Shown: positions 24,701 to 35,813 of the stretch, in pieces
How the letters are laid out: each line of letters begins with the position of its first letter
Position numbering within the stretch: the first letter of the stretch is position 1
Origin: Klebsormidium nitens
Taxonomy: Eukaryota; Plantae; Klebsormidiophyceae
DNA: 64,000 nt
NCBI GenBank assembly: GCA_000708835.1
Contig: DF237020.1
Span: forward strand, 62,001 to 126,000
Direction of reading: 5' to 3'
Notes under the pieces: model-generated
The model's database searches: none
What the model saw: only the letters and a program-made list of their open reading frames with translations
What the model was told of the DNA's origin: nothing
Made by a program: the position numbers and the translations under genes

Positions 24701-27700
24701 TCTTCGCATTTTGGGCCTATTACTGCCTGTGGACCGAGTATGCCGCCATCACGAGACTGCGGCTCAAGTACATGGCAGACGGGGCGCCACATCCAGAGGA
24801 CTTTACCGTCCTTGCCACCGAGGTGAGCAGAAGGGGAAGCAGAAGAGTGCAAACAGTGAGACCTGGGGTAAAAGGAGGGGAACTAGAGAGACGAGGGTAG
24901 GATTGCGTGATCGTGCGCGTCGACGAATTCACCGTCGTTTCGGTCGCTCTTTCGCGATTGACAAGCATCTGTTCGAATATTCACGGGCCCTTTGAGCGAA
25001 CGCTTTGTGGGGCTGTGCTGTCGTTAGTCTCTCGACGGCTGCCCGGGTGTGGTGCTGTATAAGATCACCAGGGTCTGATTGGCCCGTGAAATAGAATCCA
25101 ACTTTTTCTTTAGCTGGCTTGTGTCGGAATAGTGTTGCCACCGGCTGTTTGTAGGACGTCCGGGCCTTGCTCTCAAACGTAGCAGCATTGAACCCCAACG
25201 TTCGCCATCTAATTTTCTAGGTTCCCTCGATTGCTCAGAGCGCGCTGGATCCTTTAATTTTTGAGGAGCTTGCCGCCTCAAAGATTTTTTTTGAGTTCAC
25301 CAGCAGTTCCACTTTCTTGTACATGCCCCAGATTCAGAGATTTCAGAGCACGTGTCCAGACTCGATTGACACTCGAGTGTTGACTGCTCGCAGATTCCGC
25401 CGGCCCACAGCGACAACCGGGGCAGCACGCGCGAGCGCGTGGAGCGCTTCTTCCGCGAGCAGTTTGGGGAGTACTTTTCGGGCACCAACACCGTCACCAA
25501 CGCCGAGTCGCTCTGGAGGCTCATCAAGAAACGGGACGACACGGGTGCGCTGATCCGCTTTGTAGTTCGCGCTTTTGTAGTTCAGTGTGTTCTGGTCAAC
25601 CCTGAAGTAATACGGGATTGCCGGCCCCCCTTCGGGCTTGTTGAAGCATGAAGCGAAGACGGGAATAAAGGAACGTCCCCGCTGCGACCGACGCGCCCAT
25701 GGAACTTTCCTTGACTTCTCACAAACGTTTCCGTCGACGCCCGCCCTCCAGATTTGCTACCGCTGGTCCAGGTACGGTTGGATACAAACATGGTTGCTCC
25801 GATTATCAGGTGCAGCTGTGTACTGGTTACCACCAGCTGTACCCATTAGTCATTTTTAGCTTATCCACCGATTTTGAGCAACAGCAACGAGCCTTCGCCT
25901 TTTCCAGTCGCCGCAAGACCCAACTAAATCAAACGCCGAACTCCTCTTCCGCAGCAAACAAGCTGGATGCGAAGCGGATCAAGGCGGCGCGGAAAAGCGA
26001 CAAGCGGCGCCTCACTACGAGGACCGGCTGCCTGGGGCTCTGCGGTCCGAAGGTCGACGCGATTGGGCACTATGAGAAGTGAGTTTTTTCAATCGGAACG
26101 TGGCCTGAAATTTAAGGATTCAGCGCTACCGCACGCGGAGATCGGAAGGACGGCCTACCCAGCCGAACGGCTTATGACGCAAGATCCGTCTGAGGCGCTT
26201 AAACCAAAGCAAAGCTTTTCCGTAGACTCGTCATTGTTCGTTAGCATCAGCCTACTTGGCAAAGCAGAAAAGTGTGCACTTAAAACGCCCTCGTCCAAGA
26301 TCACACCTTGCTTTACTGGATGCAACCTTCGTAGTTGACTGACCTTCTCCATGTGCGCCTCGGGTCGATCCTTTTACCATGTTGTCAAGTCGGTGGTCCC
26401 TCACATCTCGCTCCTTTCAAAAACCCGTTCACCCTTTAAACCGCATTTACACTCCGGGCGCAAACCTTCCTCATTCACACTTGTCGCCGTATTCACACTC
26501 GTCCCCTGACAGGCTGCTCGAGAAGCACACCGACGAGACGGTCCAGGAGGCACGTGCCATGGAGCAAAGCGAGGATCGGTATCTGAACGCCGCCTTCGTG
26601 ACTTTTACAAACCGGTGGGCGGCCGCGATTGCGGCGCAGACGCAGCTGGCGACGAACCCTTTGGTGAGAGACTTAGCGTTTCATTCTGTTTGTGAACGAG
26701 GCATGTCTTGTCTTATGGAGAAAAGCGCTTCTCGAAGGTCCTTCCTTGAAAACTTCGACGATGGAAAGCTCTCGAACAGCCGGTTATTGGCCCTCCGTAT
26801 GCTTGCTCTTTCGAGCGCTCTGCTTTTTCGTGCGCTCTGCTCATCTGTGTGAAAATTACAAGGCGAGGCGCGGCGTATATGACACCACGGAGCCTCTTCC
26901 ACCCATTCTAAATCGAGGAGGACATACTTAGCCCGTCAGGTAGTGTCCCTCTTGATTGCTTCCGATCGCAGAGGGAAGAAGCAGGAGAGCTGTTCCGCTC
27001 ATTTCGTTCATCTTCTTTCATCAGGTTTGGGTGACGGAAATGGCTCCCGAGCCCCGAGACGTGCAATGGTCCAACCTGGGAGTCTCCAAGTGGCAGAAGA
27101 GCATTCGCCGGATTATCATCAGCACGGCCGTCTTCTTTCTCGTGAGTCGTTACCACCGGCTCTGCATGGAACCCAAGCTTCAAAAGGAAATACCTCGAAA
27201 CCCCTGTGGCAGTCAAGTTGCGCCCGCTCTTCTTGACCGTCTTCTTTCACGTGAGCTGATCCCACCGAACCTGCATCGAAGAAAATAGCCCAGAGAAAAG
27301 TAGCTCGATACCCCTGCAGCAGTCAATCTGCAACCGTTCTTCTCGACTCTTGCTGCTCTTAAAACGTCGCCCGATGAGCATTGAATCCGAAATGGACTTG
27401 TCATTCTTGTGGAGAGTGCTCCGATCGCCAGCCCCGCATTTTAAATCCTGCGAATCGCTCTGGACAAAGTTCTCACCTGTCGCTACACACTGGCCGGCAC
27501 TATAGTGGCTCCCTTTCGACCCTTGTGCAACCGGACAGAACGTAAGGACTTCAGCGCAATGAAATGCTTGCCGTTTCCTTACCGTACCTCTAACAACGCA
27601 GCTTTTCCTTTCGCGAAGTCAAGGTTTGCTGTCTGCCCCTCCTCTCCGCAGGTCTTCTTCTACCTCATCCCGGTGGGTATCGTCCAGTCGCTGGCCAATC

Positions 27701-30700
27701 TGAACAGCGTGCGGTCCATCGGAACGCCCGTCAGGCAGATCGTCGACGTGTAGGCGCACCACACCCCGCCCCTACTAGCGCGTACGCATCCGAACAGCGT
27801 GTTCCATTTGGCTGGATGATCTTCAGGCACCCGCATGACTGATGATATGGCTGTGTATGACTTTGCGGGCGAAATTGGGCTTGAGGTCCGAAGTGGCTGC
27901 TTTGCTCTGCTTGCAGCTGATCTCGATTCGAAGACGCGCCCGAATCGCGGGCTGCCTTTTCAAAGAAGTGTACGTGCTGACGTCACGCTCAATAGTGACG
28001 AGCCTAAGTGCATTTTGCCTCGGTCCACAGTTGGTTTCCAGTAACCACCCTTCCCCTCAAGCTTATTTCCGCAAGCGCATGCCGGTCCAATGTCATGTTT
28101 CCGTTATGCTTCTCCGCATGCTGACGTCATTCTCACGACGTTCGTTTCCCACGCAGGCCGTTCATTAGCGGGCTGATCAGCGGTTCCTCGCCGGGCGCGG
28201 TGCTGAAGCTGTTCCTGTAAATTTTGCCATTGCCGCTCAACGCATATCTAAACTCATGCTTGCGTCGTTCTTCCCAACATGCTGACGTCATCGTCTCGTC
28301 GTTTCCCGCGCAGGCCGTTCATTAGCGGGCTGATCAGCGGGTTCTTGCCGGGCGTGGTGCTGAAGCTGTTTCTGTGGATTCTGCCGGCGCTGCTCAAGGC
28401 CATGTCCACCTTCGAGGGCTACTCATCCAATAGCAGAATCATCAAGGAGACCTGCATCAAGATGTACTACTTCCAGCTGGTGAGGCGGTGTCAAGGGGAT
28501 GACTGGGAAGCCTTCAGTGATTGGTTTGACACCAACATCGAACTGTATCACCAGAAGCTGGGAAAGCGGTATCAAATGGTTGACCGGGACTTACACTGAT
28601 TGGTTTGACACCAGCATTGGAGATGTACGATTTTCAACCAGCGAGTGTCAAGCCGTTTGAAGGAAACCTCGTGGCGACTGGAGTCTCGGAACCTGTGTTC
28701 AGTTGACGCCAGCTGAAGGCAGCTGGTAGGTGAACCCAGCTCTGGCGGCTGATGAGGAGACTGGAGTAAAGCTAGTGCTTGAGTTGCGAGAGTGTCAATG
28801 GAGTCTTTTATGTGGTCTACCCCTTTTCTTGGATACAAGACTTTAGTTACGTAAAAAACCAACCTGATTGAGAAAGCGGGACGCCGACCCCTCCGATCCC
28901 CGGCCTCTGAGATTCTCAAGACTTTGATTCGAGGTCTCCCAACCCTCCACAATTAAGAATCCCTAAGCGTAAGCCGCGAAGATTCAGTTCCAGGGCCCCA
29001 GACGCTCCAGCCCACGCACTCGAGAACCCGCAACAAATTGTCGCCACACATGGATACGAAGTGGAACCCAAAACCAGAGCTAAAAGCCATAACCCAAAAC
29101 CCAAATGCCAACCCCAATGTCGACTCTTAGCCCTCGACTCCCAAACCAGAACTCTCGCTCACCGTTGCGATGACTTTCGCTGACCCTTGCGCAGGTGAAC
29201 GTGTTCTTCGGGTCCATCCTGACGGGGTCGCTCTTCCAGCAGCTGCGCTCGTTCATCAACAAACCGACGAGCCTGCCGCAGACGCTGGGCAACGCGATTC
29301 CGTCCAAGTCTAGTTTCTTCATCACGTACATCATGCTGGACGGCTGGGCCGGATTTCCGGCGGAACTTCTCCGCCTGTGGGCGCTCATCATCTACCACAT
29401 CAAGGTGGCGCTGCTGGTCACGACGGAGAAGGACCGGGAGAAGGCGATGGGCCTGTCGGGGCTGGCGTACGAGGAGATTGTGAGTGGATTGATCCTGTTT
29501 GAAGGATGGGTCCCTTGGTGCCTGCGCATGCTATCATCAAAGGCAGATGGGACTTTGCATCGATAGAGTAGGTACTTGTACTTGTTGCAAGTACTCAAAC
29601 AAGCGAACGTGGTTGCATTCTGACATGTTGCACGTTTGAGCGTCCCGCCTCAAGTTCGGTTTTGAGATAAGGGCCCGACTGCTCGAAGCTTGTTTAGAAA
29701 ATGCCTCTGTCTTAAGCTGAACTCCCGTTGAGCGTGGATCTTAATAGAAACCGTCTCTCTGCTGAAGCCACCAGGTTGCTAGCAGCTCAGATTGTCAGTA
29801 ACCTCGCTGCTGACGTCAGTGGTATGCTCGCGCAGCTGCCGAGCCTGCTGTTCTACATTTTGCTGGGCCTCGTGTATGCGCCGATCGCGCCCATCCTGCT
29901 GCCCTTCCTGCTGCTCTTCTTCGTCCTGGGGTAAGCGGGTGTATATCTGTTGACCTTCCTTCGACAAAACTGGTCCAAAAAAAGGCTTTGAGAATGCGAC
30001 TGGGCAATATTAAATTGGCATGGAGAGGTTTTCTCTCCCCCACGATGGAGCTCTGAATAGCTTCTGCCTCCTGAAAAGGTATCTTAACGCGGTCCGTGAT
30101 ACGCGCAAGTCAGGCTGCGCCCGTCCAATCTGCGCTTACTCTTCTTCTGTGTGTTGTAGTACGGATTTGAGGCTTGTCATTCTTGGTCACTCGCCTCCTC
30201 TTTTCTGATCCCGTTCAGCTTTTCTGGCACTATCCCTTGGCTTTTGTAGATTGTTAGACAGCGAGCTGCATCCGGATTGAGATCCTGCCGGATAACACGC
30301 CCCCTTTCCTGCGATTTCCGGTCACGAGCTCTGTCATTCCAACTCCTTCCTTTGAGTTCGAAGTCGTACTTTTTTCGCTCCTCCAGTTACGTCGTCTACA
30401 AGAACCAGATCATCAACGTGTACGAGCGCGAGTTCGAGAGCGCCGCCGGCTTATGGCCCTTCGTCGCATCGCGTATCATCACCGCGCTTATGGTCGCCCA
30501 GTTGACGCTTTTGGGCGTCCTCTCACTCAAGCTCGCGACTAAAGTGGCGCCCTTCGCCATCCCCCTTCCGATCATGACGGCGCTCTTTGGCAGAGTGCTC
30601 AAGGAGCGGTTCGAGGCCAACTTCGTAAATTCACCATTGGAGGTAAGCCGTGAAGAACCCTACAATTTTCGTTGGGACGATCCGCCGACGAGATTGAGCG

Positions 30701-31419
30701 CCGATCGGCTAGGTTACTTTCGTGAGCCTTGTGTAGCATGTCCGAAAGCAATGGCGGGAAGAGTCCTTGGTGCGTGGAGACGTTGTGGAGAGAGTTGCTC
30801 AGTCTGCCAACGCTCGAAGGTTCGGATCAGCATCCGCAGGAATCTGGAGTGCCAGCCCTCAAGGCGGCTTCGAGCAAAAAGAATCCTTGCTTGTTCAATC
30901 ATTCGGATCAACCAAATCAACCAATCGTTCAGATCGCGTAATAGTTACCAATGTGCCTACTTTTCTCCCATCCTTCTTCTGTGATGAAGAAGCCTGTATG
31001 AGTCTTTTGAACGGCTATCTGCACGGCTGAGCAACTTCTTCGCGCTCGTTCAAAAACCTTCAGAGCTTGACTTAGCGCAATGCTGTCCTATGCAGAGCGC
31101 GAAAGCGAAGGATGCCGCAGATACCACGCGCTTCCCGGACTGGAAGCTCGAGGAGGCGACACGTGCCGCCTATACGCACCCCGCCATAACCGGAGGGCTC
31201 GAGCAGGACTTCCTCGCCGAGATGATCAAGGGAGAAGTGCACGGCGACCTTGAAGGGGGACCAGATGCCAGCGTGCGGACCCCCCCTACGTCCGAAATGG
31301 AGAAGCCGGTCCAAATGTCCGGCATGCGCGCGCGGGCCGCGCCTCACAGCGTCGAGACTGCAGCGGACAGCATCGCGACGGGAAATGACAGTCAATTGTC
31401 CGCCGAAGACAACGTCTAG
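21748..31419 (+). CDS. OSCA: OSCA/CSC1/ERD4 (TMEM63-like) Ca2+-permeable osmo/mechanosensitive cation channel, ~15 exons
   Basis: Exon peptides: MGGALQNLGVSAAINL...RVYF; MSEEELISIAGLDAVLLLRII; LRMFVPITLWALVVLIPVNAT; LDKISLSNV; MWAHLVSSYLF...PEDFTVL; RTGCLGLCGPKVDAIGHY; AAFVTFTNRWAAAIAAQTQ; WVTEMAPEPRDVQWSNL; FFYLIPVGIVQSLANL; GFLPGVVLKLF; NVFFGSILTGS...FFITYIMLDGWAG; LGLVYAPIAPILLPF; YVVYKNQIINVY..FESAAGLWP; stop at 31417-31419. These are the family signature motifs, with consistent GT-AG junctions. Confidence 0.95.
22356..22388. repeat. Short 11-bp tandem repeat (attagatcttg) x3
   Basis: ttagatcttgattagatcttgattagatcttg, in OSCA intron 1. Confidence 0.85.
28113..28378 (+). repeat. Tandem duplication (157 bp period) of an OSCA branch point/acceptor plus exon start (pseudo-exon at ~28157-28217)
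   Basis: catgctgacgtcat...ttcccacgcag|gccgttcattagcgggctgatcagcggttcctcgccgggcgcggtgctgaagctgttcctgt versus the true ...ttcccgcgcag|gccgttcattagcgggctgatcagcgggttcttgccgggcgtggtgctgaagctgtttctgt (acceptors end at 28156 and 28313). Confidence 0.9.
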
Positions 31420-32587
31420 ATTGGGCTTTGTTTTAAGGTTTCTCTAAATAGTGTTGAAAGTCGCGTCCTATTTACTTTAAAGAGCTAGCGGTTCAGCGAC
31501 TGCAGGCTTAGCATTGCTATGCTAACGTACTAATCCATGGACTTATAAATTGTTCGTTGGTTTGATTGAGTTAGCTTCGTTGACTAAAGAAGAGTCTACC
31601 TACGCAATGTTTTGTGACACTGGCTGCGATGGGAGCAGAAGACAGTCAATTCAATTCCACTCAGTTAGGGTAGCGGCTGATCACTGGCGACCATATTTTT
31701 GGGGGGCAGATCGTTTGATTACAAGACTGATTGGATCTGGCGACGGGTAGGCACCGCCAAACACAGGGAGACTGCCAATATTGATCAGAACCATTTGTGC
31801 CCTTCTAAGGATTCTGTAGCACGGGCCGGTGTTTTGGCTGTGGATCTTGCAACTTTACAAATGTAAAGCTTGATTGTTTGAGAAGGGAACTGATGCGTGC
31901 GATCTTCATAGCCACGAGTTGCTCAATTTCCGACGTTCGCACGTATGTGATGCACTGAAGCAGATAAACAACCTTCAAGAGATCGTATCGGCGCGCTCGA
32001 TTTCAGTCATCTTCAACGTACAAGGCCATTATCACCGGTAAAGCACTAGTACTGGTGGAAGTAGACCGACGGTTGCATTTGATGTACCGATTTCTATTCC
32101 GCCGGCGCCAATGAGGGCCTTTACTAAATCAACGGCTGATGACAGCAGGCTGGCAATAGGGTATTGCCAAGCCTGCGCGCAATCCAAACCATGCTCGGTA
32201 AATGGGAAGCAAGTGACTATAATGCAGTGAGCCAAAGAAAGGCAGTTCTGTTCGACCACAAGTACGAATTCAAATTAAGGGCCATCTTTTCACGTCTTTT
32301 GCCAGCGTCTCCCAATTGTGACACCTATGTGTCTGGTGGTGCCGACCGCGTGGCAGCTTCGACGTGGGCTGGCACAAGATGTGCCTTAAGATTTGACTAG
32401 CATCTGTGCACTGAAGTGATGGCGAAGCTTCTGAAGTAGATTGGTTCGTCGCCTTTACGGTTCTTTGTTTTTGTATGTTCCCTAGGGTGCGAGAAAGGCC
32501 GCACAAATCCTCTTTCTGCGAACGGTTCTAGCAGATTTAAACGGCATGAAACCTTCTCCCTGTATATTTTCGAGGTTTCCTAGGTTC

Positions 32588-35572
32588 CTATGAAGTAGCA
32601 AACCATTTGCTAGCCTCTCCGAAGTCCTCTGTCGCATTTCCTAAGACTGCATTGATTGCATGGTCGGCCGACGTGAGGGGGTAACGCTCCAGGTACAGAG
32701 CCAGAGCGCCGGCCACCTGTCCATCAAAACAGACCCAAAAGGAGACGTCAGAATCGATTGGAGAGAATTACGCTGCCTTTGACGATTCATGGAAGTGTAC
32801 CTGAGCTGCGACGCTACTATTTATTCACGGGCAGAAAGCGCACAATAACATAGGGGATGGAAGAGTCGGAAAAGAACGCGTTACATTGGATACAGTTTCG
32901 TCATTCGCACATTTGCGGATTGGCTCGTGGTGAGGGCCTCCAAACGGCGTATCGAAAACTTATTCTGTGGAAGTTATCTGGACTTCACATGGCAAAATGT
33001 GCAAATCGCAGACATTGAAGGAGCTCTTTCAATCAAGCTGGTAAAGGTGCAACCTGAAAGCCGAGGGAAAAAGCCCATAAGCCGATCTACTGGCCTGCTT
33101 CTCATGCTTAATGGAGTTGCGAGTTCCAAGTTTGGACATCCTTAAAATGGAAAACAGACTCGAAGCTAAGGAACTCAAAATGCTTGCCAGCGAAGTTCGG
33201 AACGACCAACCTGGGGTGCTGCCATCGACGTCCCGCTCAGGATCGCTTCCCCCTCGACGTCATCCTCCTCCCACCCAGGCCAAGCACTCCTGATATCCAC
33301 CCCGGGCGCAAACACGTCAACGCACCCGCCAAAGTTTGAGAACCACGCGCGCTGTTTGTCCCGGTCGAACGCCCCGACTGTGACGGCCGAGGACGCGGAA
33401 GCCGGGGAGCTGCCGCAAGCGTCCTCGTTGAGGTTGCCCGCAGCCACCGTAACGGGAACGCCGGCGCGGTGGAGGAGCGTTACCGCGTCGTTGATCGACT
33501 GCATCATCTTCGCTCCCTGTAGTATCTCGGGAAAGAGAGGTTTGCTGGGTAGACGGAAAACGCTATGGACCCTTTAATTGGAAACTGAAGAAGTACGAAG
33601 AACGCTGAAAACGAAGGGCGAAACCGTTTCTTTTCCTGACCTCGAATCCTTTGAAAACACTCAAAAAGCAATCTACGAATCCATCTTCTTCGGCTTCAAA
33701 GATTGACCGGAGTCCTGTTGAGACTTGGGAGAAGAAAATCGTTATTCACGTCTCGAACGGATGGGTCCCAATTCCACAAACCTCAAAACCTGCATCCAGA
33801 TCGTGAAACAAAATTCACACACACCAGAGACACGTTGACCACTGCTCGCTCTTTCTTCTCTGCGTGCACTTTGTGCTGCTGCTCGAGCACCCACTGCAAG
33901 CCCAGCAGCAGGTCCGACGCGCGGCCGCGCCCTTCGCAGTCCACGACCCTGACCGCATGCACGATAGCGCCACGTGCCACGCCATATGAGCTGCCAGCGG
34001 CGATCCCGGCCACGTGCGTCCCGTGGCCGTGGCAGTCACGTGGCACACCGCGCTTCTGCAGGATGGCGTCCCAAGCGGAGCCGACGCGACCGGCGAACTC
34101 CCTGCATTTTGAGAGTGGATCTCTTAGGATTGAAGGATTCTGACCTTTTTCCTAGGAGCGCCAGTTTTGAGAAGACAGCTTCAGATCCTCAAGTCGTAGT
34201 TTCTTTGATACTCTGCTTTGACCCGGCAAGGCAGAAGCGCTTAAAAAAGCTAAATTGTTTTCTTTCAAAACTTTGAGATATATCCTGCCTTTGATCGATG
34301 TTCTACTCTGATAGTGACTCGTCCCCATTGATATCGACCTCGTCTCCAAGGCGACGAATCTGCAAATCTTTACGTCACAAATAAAGCTGTTAACTTGCCT
34401 GTGGGACGATAGCAGTCCCGTATCCAAGAAGTACATGTGTACGCCCTCTGCAAAAAGTTCTTGTTGCGATGAGTGACGGTCAGGAGCATCACAAAATGCA
34501 ATCTGAGGAGAAGCTCCAGAAACCTTCACCACAATGAGAAAGCTCAAAGCAGAACAAGCTTCCACAACGCTCTTTACTTTCAGAGGACATCACTACGATA
34601 AGATCCTTTCAAAGCTTTGCTTACTGTGGGCTCAGACAAGCTGTGCACAGCTTCTCTCAAGTTCTAATATCTTGGATCTTCGAGCCTCCGAGAACCTCTC
34701 TTTTGATTACTCGCTTCTTTCTACCGAGCAAAAGTTTCTCACCTCCCCGTGTCGCCTCTTTGAGTGTCCCCTCCCGCATGAAACCGTTCCCGTACCTCAA
34801 GCTTTGTGTAGTGTCTAAGTCAGCGGCACCGCTGGCAACCAACTGTTCCTGGGTGGACAAGCTTACATCCTCCTCATAGAAGTCCAGAACTTCTTCTAGC
34901 CGCCGACTCAAGCTGGGGAGATCATCAGCGTGGCCTTCGTACACTATCGCGTTCAAAGACTGTAACACATAAACGCACTGGCCTGGATGGAGCTCGTACC
35001 GGCAGATGTCAGGAAGGTCCTCTGCAAGAGTATCCTCCTGCGTTGAAAATCCCAAATTAAGGGTTCCGACTCCAAGGAGATGATACGCAGATCAATCTCA
35101 GTACTTGCTCGCGCAAGACTACGACGTAACGGCATCCAAAGCTGAGAGTTTACGGGCCTGGACCATTTCTTATCATCTTCTTGGAACGGAACGACCAGAA
35201 AAAGGTTCATATATATATCACCAATATTGAAGCAGAGTTGGGGCTAGATGGTCCCATTCATGGAGTACAATAGATTATGCTGACAAGACACGAAGCAGAA
35301 ACTGCACTCACCTTGAATCTCAAAATCCATCGTTTTGGGTTCTCTGTAGAGCTGATTTCCTTGACTCCGCTTTTCTCTTCTGTCGAGGTCTGCTGTCCGT
35401 GGATTCTCCGTTCAATGAAGCTTTTAGCATTTCGGAAAAGCAAGGTGTCCGAGCAGATCAGTCTTACTTCCCACCCCACCAGCAGACCCAGAACTACGAA
35501 AGATACAAGAAGAAGGATTTCCAAGGTGAGCTTGTACACTGCATGTCTCCGGGTGCCGCGAAGGCGCGCCAT
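32588..35572 (-). CDS. Subtilisin-like serine protease (S8, proteinase K/aqualysin-like) with N-terminal hydrophobic anchor and I9-like propeptide
   Basis: Catalytic triad and oxyanion motifs: GVHMYFLDTG, DCHGHGTHVAGIAAG, VAAGN, SNFGGCVDVFAPG, SGTSMAAPQVAG. Exon 1 is MARLRGTRRHAVYKLTLEILLLVSFVVLGLLVGWE|gtaaga. The prodomain-like segment reads ...LEEVLDFYEED. The prodomain exon boundaries and the last exon/stop are uncertain. Confidence 0.85.
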
Positions 35573-35813
35573 CTCTCAATCGCAGTATGTTTCAGAGCCC
35601 TCTTTGAAGAAGAAGACAGAAAGTTATTCAACGTGTCCAGATTGCCTTTCAAATGATCTATGTGGAAGTTTAGACAAGCTGTTTCGTAAGTCTCTAACAG
35701 AGCACCTACATGGCAAAATTGGCAAACATGTAAGACTTTGATGCTATGGACGTTTCATAGGTGGCAGGCTAAATACGTGCGTTCTTAGACTAACTACAGC
35801 ACGGTTCCCTCAG

